Origin: a virus
Lineage: Duplodnaviria; Caudoviricetes
DNA length: 64,000 nucleotides
Virus record (IMG/VR): IMGVR_UViG_2645727757_000001
Location: 121,365-185,364 of that record
Strand: one strand, 5' to 3'
A program made the position numbers and the translations under genes. Below, piece by piece: positions 40,336-48,839 of the stretch. Below the pieces are notes generated by a model, which worked only from the letters and a program-made list of their open reading frames with translations, was not told where the DNA came from and ran no database searches. How positions within the stretch are numbered: position 1 is the stretch's first letter; every line of letters starts with the position of its first letter.

Positions 40336-41190
40336 TTGTTTGGTATACTAAGGATGATTATATATAAAAAGGTGATGAAGATGGGAAATAAAATAAATGA
40401 ACCTTATGTTGGCAAATTAGTCAAGGAAAAGCAAAGAGAACGCTTTGAGGAAGATTTAAACCATGCTATTAAAATATATAAAAATAATGGTAAAATAACT
40501 GAAGAGTTATTCGATATTTGTTCAATTTTTGAAGATAAACATAAAAATACTTATTTAAATTGCGATGATATGTATATAAAAATGATGGATTTATATGATA
40601 CAGTAGCAAATAAAGAAATACCAGAAAAAATACCAAGTGTTTTTTTTGATGAATATAGTTCATTTTCATTTAGTATACTTAGAGAACATTTTATTAAGAT
40701 ACAAGGTTATCCATTCGTAACCAAGGAATGGATTAAAGAACTCTCAAAGTTGCTACGTGGAAAAAAAGTTTTAGAAGTTATGTGTGGATTAGGAACAATT
40801 TCATATGCTTTAAAAAATGAAGGAATAGATATAATAGCAACTGATGATTTATCTTGGAAAGAAACATGGAAAAATGAATATAATCACTATTGCGAAATAG
40901 AAGAATTAGATGCTATAAAAGCTATAGAAAAATACGGAAAAGATATTGATTATATAATAATGTCATGGCCACCATATGAAGATCCGATTGCGTATAAAGT
41001 GTTACAAAAAATGCGTGAAGTAAATAAAAATGCAGCTATTATTTATTTAGGAGAAGGAGATGGAGGATGCACAGGAGATAGATTATTTCATTATAGAGCT
41101 AATATAATAGAAAATGATATTATAGATAGTGTTAATTCAATTTATAAACCTTGGAAAATGATACATGATAGATTTATTTTAATTAAATAA
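40336..41190 (+). CDS. SAM-dependent methyltransferase-like protein (likely start 40381)
   Basis: VLEVMCGLG motif I, IATDD, MSWPPY, YLGEGDGGCTG. Confidence 0.7.
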   Translation: MFGILRMIIYKKVMKMGNKINEPYVGKLVKEKQRERFEEDLNHAIKIYKNNGKITEELFDICSIFEDKHKNTYLNCDDMYIKMMDLYDTVANKEIPEKIPSVFFDEYSSFSFSILREHFIKIQGYPFVTKEWIKELSKLLRGKKVLEVMCGLGTISYALKNEGIDIIATDDLSWKETWKNEYNHYCEIEELDAIKAIEKYGKDIDYIIMSWPPYEDPIAYKVLQKMREVNKNAAIIYLGEGDGGCTGDRLFHYRANIIENDIIDSVNSIYKPWKMIHDRFILIK

Positions 41191-41198
41191 GGGATGGA

Positions 41199-41354
41199 AA
41201 TGAAATATAAAATTTGGTTTAGTAAGTATATATCAGATAGATTAAGTGATGTTCTATCTTCTAGAGTTGTAATAGCTGATTCTAAAGAAGAGGCAATAAA
41301 AAAAATAAAAGCAATAACAAATGTTAATTATATTATAAGTATTGATGGATTTTA
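41199..41354 (+). CDS. Small hypothetical protein (about 51 aa), paralogue of the ORF at 53106
   Basis: MKYKIWFSKY...ADSKEEAIKKIKAITNVNYII resembles AKDEEAAIKKLREIRNVNYIL. Confidence 0.55.
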
Positions 41355-41392
41355 ATATTTACAAATATTATTAATAATGGTATATTATAATT

Positions 41393-41490
41393 GTTTCGTA
41401 TCTGTGTTGATTAGAACACGATTTTTTAAACTTAACTTTATGTATATAGAATACACCTGTATTAATAAATGCAGGTGTATTCTTATTTTT
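41393..41490 (+). ncRNA. sRNA array unit 1
   Basis: TTTACA(41358)-17-TATATT with TG extension; terminator agaatacacctgtatt/aatgcaggtgtattct plus T tract. Confidence 0.6.
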
Positions 41491-41540
41491 GAAATAAATC
41501 CCATATTGAAAAATATTTGGAAATATATTATAATTAATTA

Positions 41541-41637
41541 AGCCGATTTGTTAAAAATTATTTACCTTTTTTGTTTAGTATTATGCACCTACACCAACGC
41601 TTGGATAATGAAAATATTTCATAGTCTGGGCGTTTTT
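41541..41637 (+). ncRNA. sRNA array unit 2
   Basis: TTGAAA(41506)-17-TATAAT; terminator aacgcttgga...tctgggcgtt plus T tract. Confidence 0.6.
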
Positions 41638-41674
41638 GTATTGACAAAATTAACCAACTGATATAAAATAAATA

Positions 41675-41772
41675 TGATTTATTATCGTCTATGTTTTTTA
41701 AAGAATATTTCCCATGTGTTCTTTGAAGGCCTATTTAGTATTTTTATAAAAAATTTACTAAATAGGTTTTTT
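41675..41772 (+). ncRNA. sRNA array unit 3
   Basis: TTGACA(41641)-17-TAAAAT; hairpin with UUCCCAU loop; terminator cctatttagta/tactaaatagg plus T tract. Confidence 0.62.
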
Positions 41773-41808
41773 ACTTGAAAAAATTTACATTTTAATATAT
41801 AATCTAGG

Positions 41809-41890
41809 TAAGCTTGTACGTTATTTCCTAGAAACTCTTAATGAAGACTCCGCTAGATAATTAATTTTATCTGGCGGAGTTTTCATTTTT
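41809..41890 (+). ncRNA. sRNA array unit 4
   Basis: TTGAAA(41775)-17-TATAAT; terminator gaagactccgctagataa/ttatctggcggagttttc plus T tract. Confidence 0.62.
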
Positions 41891-41922
41891 AGGATATTAA
41901 TATAATAGGTAAATATTGTATA

Positions 41923-43197
41923 ATGTATATATATGGAACAACCATATTATTTAGAAATAAGGATTTTGATAATATGTTATATAACAAAAATAAGACATTT
42001 ACCGGAACAGATACTTTAGTATTTATAATTTTTCCTAATACAAAACCTATACTATTAGGGAGTTTAACTACTTTATCCTATTCATTATATAGACATAAAA
42101 CTCCTGTACCTCTTCTTGGTAGAATAAGCACAGGTGGATGCACTAGAGGAACTAGAGTTGTAGCTGGAACTATGATATTCACTCTTATAAATCAACATTG
42201 GGTTAATGAATTAGCTAATAAAGTAGGGTATATATCACAGTATAATAAAATAAAAGCAGATGAACTACCTATTTTCGATCTTATGATAGTAAGTGCAAAT
42301 GAATTCGGAAGTTCAGCAAGTGCATTTATTTATGGAGTTGATTTTACAGAAGAAGCTGGAGTTGTTTCTATTGAAGATTTAATGATGGAAAATACATTTA
42401 AATTTGTAGCAAGAGATATTGATATGTTCTACGAAAATGACTTTAACCAAGTAGAAAATAAAAGATTTGCTAATATAAATTCAATAATTGGCTATAGAGA
42501 AATGGAAGCAGCTAAAGAAATATATGTAGAACCTAAGAATATACAACTAGCTTTAATAGAAAAAGGATTTAATGTAAAACTTACTGGAACATATGATACT
42601 CAAACAATGGAAGCTGTAAGAACTATGCAAAAAAAAGCAGGGTTGCTACAAACTGGAGCAATAGATTCTTTCACAAGAAATTATTTATTTGAAAATAATA
42701 AAGCTCCTATTATAAATAAGAATAAAGAAGATGTAAATGTAAAAGATGAATACGGAAATACAATAGATTATATTAAGTACGGAGATTCAGTTTCAAATTA
42801 TATAGAAAATGAAAACAAACTAATAATCCATGATGGCTATATAGAATCTAATGAATTAATAGAAGAAAATTTTGCTATATCTTCAAATATGCAAGAAGGT
42901 AGTTTAAAGATAAATTATATTGAAATGATTAAAGGCATTTTAAAATTCAAAATAAGAAGTGATCTACCTGTAGAAGTAAGCTTAACTGGAATAAGCATAT
43001 TTAATAACGGAAATATAAGCATAACTAAAAAAAGTTTTAATTGTTTAGATTTATTATCAATAAACTCTTCAAGTATAAGTGAAGCTTTTATCTATAATGC
43101 AGAAAATAAATCTCTTCCTAGTAAAGTTGAAGTTATTCTTAGTATAGGTAATAAAAAGCACTTAAAATTTATTATAACTAATACGGGGAGGAACTAA
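41923..43197 (+). CDS. Tail tube-like domain fused to a peptidoglycan-binding domain (baseplate / tube initiator candidate)
   Basis: N-half parallels the tail tube (TFTGTD, LSYS, RGTRVVAGTMIF, DELPIFD, ANEFG, FVARD); LTGTYDTQTMEAVRTMQKKAGLLQTGAID PG-binding motif. Confidence 0.65.
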   Translation: MYIYGTTILFRNKDFDNMLYNKNKTFTGTDTLVFIIFPNTKPILLGSLTTLSYSLYRHKTPVPLLGRISTGGCTRGTRVVAGTMIFTLINQHWVNELANKVGYISQYNKIKADELPIFDLMIVSANEFGSSASAFIYGVDFTEEAGVVSIEDLMMENTFKFVARDIDMFYENDFNQVENKRFANINSIIGYREMEAAKEIYVEPKNIQLALIEKGFNVKLTGTYDTQTMEAVRTMQKKAGLLQTGAIDSFTRNYLFENNKAPIINKNKEDVNVKDEYGNTIDYIKYGDSVSNYIENENKLIIHDGYIESNELIEENFAISSNMQEGSLKINYIEMIKGILKFKIRSDLPVEVSLTGISIFNNGNISITKKSFNCLDLLSINSSSISEAFIYNAENKSLPSKVEVILSIGNKKHLKFIITNTGRN

Positions 43198-43199
43198 TT

Positions 43200-43781
43200 A
43201 TGGGCCAACAGACTACTCAAAAATATATTCCTACGGAATACGCAAGAGAAAAAAATACTTATGTAGAAGAATTTTTTAGTGCTCCAGATGTTGAGATAAC
43301 AATAAATGATGAAAATATTAAGTACATTAATGCAATACAATTCGCAATAAATGAACAATTAAAACCAGTCTATGGGTATCAATCAAGAACATATGATGAT
43401 GTTGCTGTAGGTACTAGACTTGTTACTGGCGTTATTAAAGTTCCTGTTAAGAATAATCGTGAAAATGAGTTAGCAGACTGGAAAGATACTGTTCCAACTT
43501 TACTTACAGAAGAGGAAGTTAAAAACAAAAGACCTTCTTGGGTTATAGATACATCACTTTTAGCTGATGTTCATTATAGAAAGTCAGTAGATAATGAAAA
43601 AATATACGGTAAATTATTATCAGATGCTTATGTATTTTTAGAACCAACATTAGATAATATTATCGGGTTATATGATGAAAATACAATGATAGAAATTTCA
43701 AATGAATTTGATAATTGCTATGCCATAAAAAATGATAACTTAGCAGGTTATATTGATAAAAGAAATATTAAAAGAATTTAA
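43200..43781 (+). CDS. Tube-like / baseplate protein with C-terminal SH3-like domain
   Basis: FFSAPDV, PVYGYQSRTYDDVAVGTRLVTG; C-terminal AGYIDK. Confidence 0.5.
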   Translation: MGQQTTQKYIPTEYAREKNTYVEEFFSAPDVEITINDENIKYINAIQFAINEQLKPVYGYQSRTYDDVAVGTRLVTGVIKVPVKNNRENELADWKDTVPTLLTEEEVKNKRPSWVIDTSLLADVHYRKSVDNEKIYGKLLSDAYVFLEPTLDNIIGLYDENTMIEISNEFDNCYAIKNDNLAGYIDKRNIKRI

Positions 43782-43795
43782 ATAAAGGTGATATT

Positions 43796-44269
43796 ATGTA
43801 TAAGTTAGATATAGATAACCCTATGAATGGAAGTGAGATTTATTTAATCAAAAAAAGATTAGAATTTTTAGGGTATTTAAATGAAGTAAATAATGATATT
43901 TATGATAATGACACTAAAGCTGCAATAAAAAAATATCAAAGTGACAATAAAATAAGCGTTACAGGAGCAGTCGATAATGATACTTATAACTTACTATTTA
44001 AAGAAATAAGCATAGCAAATGTTGATGTAAGTAATTTTTCATTATTAAGAAGTGGCGATCAGCAACAACAGGAAGAAGAAAAGTTCTTTGATGAAAGTAA
44101 AAGTGATTTATTTAGAAAAGGTAATTTAGAAATAAAAATAAAATATGGTAAAGGACAAGTTATAACTCTTCAAAAAGTTAAGCTATATAATAAAGACCAA
44201 ATGATAGATTCTAATGGAGAACCTATATATGATGTATACCAATTTATAGCACAGGATATTAAAGAGTAA
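43796..44269 (+). CDS. Peptidoglycan-binding domain protein
   Basis: RLEFLGY...YDNDTKAAIKKYQSDNKISVTGAVD. Confidence 0.7.
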   Translation: MYKLDIDNPMNGSEIYLIKKRLEFLGYLNEVNNDIYDNDTKAAIKKYQSDNKISVTGAVDNDTYNLLFKEISIANVDVSNFSLLRSGDQQQQEEEKFFDESKSDLFRKGNLEIKIKYGKGQVITLQKVKLYNKDQMIDSNGEPIYDVYQFIAQDIKE

Positions 44270-44476
44270 AAATATTTTTTGGAGTGATTTAATGAATAGA
44301 AAACAAAAAATGGTCAGAAAAATGTGGAAAAGTTACTGTCATAATTGTAAAATTATGAATACAAAGCCTTTAGTAAATTATAATGTTTATAGAAATGTTT
44401 ATATAAAAGATTCTTTTGATTATATATACAAAATAAAAGAATGGTATAAAGAAACTAGGATAAAGGGGTAAGAGTT

Positions 44477-44689
44477 ATGGAGAAAGAATTTGAATTTATT
44501 GGTGTTCCAAGTGGAGATCATGAAGCATTTTGCTGGGATGTTACTAGAGAAGTTTTTATAAAAATTAAACAAACATTACCTAGAAAATATGATGAAAGCT
44601 ATTTTAATAAAGGATTATATAGGCTTTATCCAGAGGATTTATACAAAGGTAAAGGAAAATGTAAAACAACTATAAAGATAATAAAATAA
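44477..44689 (+). CDS. Hypothetical protein
   Basis: ORF with RBS. Confidence 0.6.
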   Translation: MEKEFEFIGVPSGDHEAFCWDVTREVFIKIKQTLPRKYDESYFNKGLYRLYPEDLYKGKGKCKTTIKIIK

Positions 44690-44778
44690 TATATTAAATT
44701 ATTAGTATATTTTTATTGAAAAGCTAATATCTATATGATATAAAACAAATATTAATATTATTAACTAAGGAGAAAAGC

Positions 44779-44970
44779 ATGAAAAAAGAACTAGATAGAA
44801 ATGGAAGACCTTTAAATGGTACCGCTGAATGGCTTAGAATGCTATCAAAAGAAGGTGGTCTTAAAAAGCACGATGAAAATATCAAAAAAAAAGCTAAAGA
44901 AAAAAAGAAAGACGAAGAAAAAGATAAAAAAACAAGACCATTATTTAAAAAGACTATAACTAAATTTTAA
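44779..44970 (+). CDS. Basic hypothetical protein in its own promoter-terminator unit
   Basis: RBS AAGGAG; terminator aataccgtatattc/gaatatgcggtatt at about 44989-45022. Confidence 0.6.
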   Translation: MKKELDRNGRPLNGTAEWLRMLSKEGGLKKHDENIKKKAKEKKKDEEKDKKTRPLFKKTITKF

Positions 44971-45108
44971 TATTATAATAACTATTTCAATACCGTATAT
45001 TCTTATGAATATGCGGTATTTTAGTACAAAAAATATTTTAATTAAAATTTAGCAATGTAAGTGAAAGGTATTATTTGCATTTTGTAGAATAGTATATGTG
45101 TAATAAAT

Positions 45109-45477
45109 ATGAGGGAGGTATGGTTAATGAATATAGCTAATAAAAAATTAGACGAAGAAATAAATAGATTATATAAAAAAATTGAAGATGGAACAATGGA
45201 ACAAAACAGCATAGAGCTATTTACTTATATGTGGTTATCGGAATTAAGGGATAGAAGAAATGAAGAGGATAATATTAATTACTACAAAGCAGATGTATAT
45301 TTGAATAAAAATGAAATATTACATTTTGAATCAAGAACTAAAGAAACTTTAATTGATAGTGTTAAATGTACATTATCAGATGATAGATTTAAAAACGATA
45401 AAGTAAATGAGGCTTATATATATGCTGTAAAACAAATAGATAGGCTATCATGTGAAGAACTAGAGGAAGGAAGATAA
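45109..45477 (+). CDS. Hypothetical protein (likely start 45127)
   Basis: ORF, RBS GGGAGG. Confidence 0.6.
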   Translation: MREVWLMNIANKKLDEEINRLYKKIEDGTMEQNSIELFTYMWLSELRDRRNEEDNINYYKADVYLNKNEILHFESRTKETLIDSVKCTLSDDRFKNDKVNEAYIYAVKQIDRLSCEELEEGR

Positions 45478-45481
45478 TAAA

Positions 45482-45757
45482 ATGACAACAAAACTTTGTA
45501 TGAAATGTAAGAAAGAATATAGTGGAAATGAAATACTATGTGAATGTGGTTCAAGATATTTCATTTCTGGTGATAAGATAAGTTTAGATGAAAATGGAGT
45601 TATATGTGATTGTGGAAGTAGGAAATTCCGTTCTACATCATTTATGGATTATACAGATAAAGCTGTAAACGGATATGTATGTATTGAGTGTGGTAATCCA
45701 GTAACAACAATTCAAAATAGGGATAAAGAAGATTATATGTATTGGGAAGATAAATAA
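45482..45757 (+). CDS. Zinc-ribbon protein
   Basis: CMKC, CECG, CDCG, CIECG. Confidence 0.65.
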   Translation: MTTKLCMKCKKEYSGNEILCECGSRYFISGDKISLDENGVICDCGSRKFRSTSFMDYTDKAVNGYVCIECGNPVTTIQNRDKEDYMYWEDK

Positions 45758-45790
45758 TAATAAATTAATAATTAAAATATATGGTAATAA

Positions 45791-46474
45791 TTGGGAGGAA
45801 TGAAAATGAGCCATTTTTCAGTAGGGGTTTTATTAAAAAAAGGTGGAAAGGAATTAGAGCAATTACTAGCTCCATACCAAGAGAACAATATGGGTGATTG
45901 TCCTGTTGAATATTTAGAATTTGAAGATTGTACAAAAGAAGTTTTAGAGAATTATGAAGAACATAAAGAAGAATATACTGATGTAGATACATTCGCTAAA
46001 GATTATTATGGATATAAAAAGCATGAAGATAAATATGGATATTGGGAAAATCCTAACGCTAAGTGGGATTGGTATTTAATAGGCGGAAGATGGAGTGAAT
46101 CATTGATAGATAAGAAAGGTAAAAAGGTTAGCTTTGCGTTATTAAAAGATATAGATTGGGACAAAATGAGAGAACAAGCTAAAAAAGTAGCAGAGTATAT
46201 GTGGGATAATACACCAGAAGGAATTGAAAGATTTTTTGCTGGTATAACTAAAGAAGATACTAGAGAAAGCTTTATAAAAAGACAAACTGAATTTTCAACT
46301 TATGCTGTAGTTACACCAGATGGTGTTTGGCATTCAAAGGGAACTATGGGATGGTTTGGACTGTCAAAAGAAAATGATAACGCAGCTAACACTTGGTCAA
46401 ATAACTTCTATGATACTTTTATAAAAAATGAAGATCAAGAAACAATGCTTGTAATTGTAGACTGCCATATTTAA
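45791..46474 (+). CDS. Phage hypothetical protein
   Basis: MSHFSVGV...NPNAKWDWYLIGGRWS...YAVVTPDGVWH...IVDCHI. Confidence 0.75.
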   Translation: MGGMKMSHFSVGVLLKKGGKELEQLLAPYQENNMGDCPVEYLEFEDCTKEVLENYEEHKEEYTDVDTFAKDYYGYKKHEDKYGYWENPNAKWDWYLIGGRWSESLIDKKGKKVSFALLKDIDWDKMREQAKKVAEYMWDNTPEGIERFFAGITKEDTRESFIKRQTEFSTYAVVTPDGVWHSKGTMGWFGLSKENDNAANTWSNNFYDTFIKNEDQETMLVIVDCHI

Positions 46475-46480
46475 AAAGGG

Positions 46481-46861
46481 GTGAGTGCTTTGAAAAATTA
46501 TAAAGAATCTAGAAACTTTTGTATGAATATATCTTTAGAAGAACTAATTAAATACAATAAAACTTGCAAAATTAATACAAATTCAAAACATCATTTTGAA
46601 ACTTATGAAGGAATATTAATATATGTTTCTTATCCAGGTAAAGAAGAAAAATTTACTGTAGAGCTTGGCGTGGATGATGATGGAATAATGTACGAAGGTG
46701 ATTATGGTTGTTGCCAAGAATATTTCAAAGAAATTCCAATAGAAGAGGGGTTAAAAATATTAACTAAGTTTAGAGAACTTTTAATAGCTAAATTTGATTT
46801 AGAATATTCTTTATTAAGTAACAAATTAAATAATGATGTTATTAAAATACAAATAATGTAA
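46481..46861 (+). CDS. Hypothetical protein
   Basis: ORF in cluster. Confidence 0.55.
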   Translation: MSALKNYKESRNFCMNISLEELIKYNKTCKINTNSKHHFETYEGILIYVSYPGKEEKFTVELGVDDDGIMYEGDYGCCQEYFKEIPIEEGLKILTKFRELLIAKFDLEYSLLSNKLNNDVIKIQIM

Positions 46862-46887
46862 TTAATAATATTAAAGATATTTTAAAA

Positions 46888-47226
46888 GTGGATGTGATGG
46901 ATATGAAGGTTAAAGATATAAATATATATAATGAATGGAAAGAAAAAAATAATGATATGTACGGATCATGTGTATTTAGATACGTTGAAAAATGGGCTGA
47001 TATGATGGAGGAAGAGATTTCTAAAGGTTCTAAAATACACGAAATAGCTGGTGAATTATCATTTAAAACCAATATAGATATAACAGGTTTTATGTATGGA
47101 TGTGCTGTAAGTATACTTGCTGAATGCTGGATATACGGAGAAGAATTAAGACAATGGCATAATAAAGAATATAATTATGATGGTGATGGTACAGTCAATC
47201 CAGCGGTACTAATAATAAATAAATAA
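46888..47226 (+). CDS. Phage hypothetical protein
   Basis: ITGFMYGCAVSILAECWIYGEELRQWHN...NPAV. Confidence 0.7.
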   Translation: MDVMDMKVKDINIYNEWKEKNNDMYGSCVFRYVEKWADMMEEEISKGSKIHEIAGELSFKTNIDITGFMYGCAVSILAECWIYGEELRQWHNKEYNYDGDGTVNPAVLIINK

Positions 47227-47244
47227 TATAAGGACAATATTTTT

Positions 47245-47487
47245 ATGGAAATGAAGAATTTATTGAGTTGCAAAGCAAAATTAAATGGAGAAGTTAAAGA
47301 AAAAGGTAAGGTAAGTATAGAGTTTTATAAAGAAGGAAAACCACAGTATTACTGCTATGGTTGGAATGATAGTAGTACAAATGAACTTATAAAAACTTGT
47401 AAAAATTGCAAAGAAAACGTGATATACGCTCAAAATGATTTAGAGAATATGCAATTCACAATACTAAAAAATGGGAAACAAGTATGA
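47245..47487 (+). CDS. Hypothetical protein
   Basis: ORF; YYCYG...CKNC. Confidence 0.55.
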   Translation: MEMKNLLSCKAKLNGEVKEKGKVSIEFYKEGKPQYYCYGWNDSSTNELIKTCKNCKENVIYAQNDLENMQFTILKNGKQV

Positions 47488-47899
47488 GTAGAAAAAAATT
47501 AATATTAAAGATAATAAAAATAAATGAAATTGCGCTTAGATATATGAAAAGATGTAATCAAACTTTCAAAAGTAAAGGTTTTGGTGACTATATGTTTCTT
47601 GTAGAGAAAAAGGAAAAACATATAAAGAGATTAAGAAGTATAAAAAACAATTATAAAAAATAGGTTCGCAATACCAAGAAGATGTGAAAAGAGGTTGGGT
47701 AATGAATAAGATAGAAGAAGCTGTTATGTTTTGTAAATTTAAAAAAATAAATAAGGAAAAGTTTCACAGCACTTATCTAGATTGTATTTTAACTAGAAAA
47801 GAGTTCAATAGAATTTATGATAATGAAGAATTATATAAGGAATATCTTAAAAATGATATAGAAGGTAAATAGTTCATAATAGCAAGAAAAGGTGATTGT

Positions 47900-48331
47900 A
47901 TGAAGGGAAAAGTAACAGAAAATATTCGAGAATATATGAATTCTATGAGTAAAAGAAATTTTTCATACTTACAAGTAAGTGCTATAGCTAATGCTATCAA
48001 GGAAGAATATTATGATAGGAAAAAATTAGGGATAATTATAAAAACTAAAACAAAAGAAGGTAGAGAAGAGCTAAACAAGAGAGCAGCTGATATTGCTAAT
48101 AGAAAGTTAAATATCAAAAATATAACAAAAGATGATGTTAGATTATATAAAAAATGTTTGGCAGAAGAATATACAAATAGAACTGGAAAATGTGCATGGG
48201 GATTTAAGGAACTAAGAAGTAGATTAGGATATGATCCTGAAACTGCATTGGAGATAAGATGTTAATCTAAAGATTGTGGAGAATGCGAATGGAAACATGG
48301 AATTTTAAGGTGGTTAAAAAGAGAAAATTAA
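47900..48331 (+). pseudogene. Hypothetical gene with an in-frame TAA at 48263-65
   Basis: Frame continues EIRC*SKDCGECEWKHGILRWLKREN* to the junction motif, completing a Cys cluster. Confidence 0.4.
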
Positions 48332-48361
48332 GTCCATAATACCAAGAAAGGAATAATCAGG

Positions 48362-48538
48362 ATGAATACTATTCATATATGTGGAAATTTTGCTAAAGAA
48401 GGTGAGTGTGGTACTTGTAAGCATATGCTTTTAGCAGGGTGTGTTACAGGGGTTTGTGAAGCTAATGAATATGAGGATTGTATAACTACAAATAAGTGTA
48501 TTTGTGGTAAATATGAAGAAGGACAACCACAGGATTAA
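48362..48538 (+). CDS. Small Cys-rich protein (58 aa)
   Basis: MNTIHICGNFAKEGECGTCKH...; bounded by two junction motifs. Confidence 0.5.
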   Translation: MNTIHICGNFAKEGECGTCKHMLLAGCVTGVCEANEYEDCITTNKCICGKYEEGQPQD

Positions 48539-48839
48539 GTTCACATTAGCAAGAAAAAGAGAGGTAATTTACTTGAAGAGAAATAAAAAAAGTTTTCCAA
48601 TGATAAAAAAATTTAGACCTATAATCTTTTGGTATGAATGTAAATTCTGCAAAAGGGAATTTAAAATGGAAACGGGATTTAAGATTATTGATAAAAAAGT
48701 ATGCTATAGAGCAGGAACTAACCCATTTATTAATAATTATTGTTGTAATGAATGTGCTAAAAATGAAAAAGAGGTAAAAGAATTAATAAAGAAAAATAAA
48801 GCAACATTTTTACCACCTAGACTAAGACCTTTAAAATAA
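48504..48839 (+). CDS. Zinc-finger hypothetical protein (likely start TTG 48573)
   Basis: CKFCKREF...CCNECA. Confidence 0.55.
   Translation: MVNMKKDNHRIKFTLARKREVIYLKRNKKSFPMIKKFRPIIFWYECKFCKREFKMETGFKIIDKKVCYRAGTNPFINNYCCNECAKNEKEVKELIKKNKATFLPPRLRPLK

Noticed and set aside
41706-41717. 10-nt complementarity of the sRNA unit 3 loop to ATGGGAAA starts at 40381 and about 5350
   Set aside because: Too short to be significant in an AT-rich genome without computation; kept only as a hypothesis
47900-48331. Genome-wide stop-codon reassignment
   Set aside because: Only one apparent internal stop; long genes read normally and end in TAA, TAG or TGA
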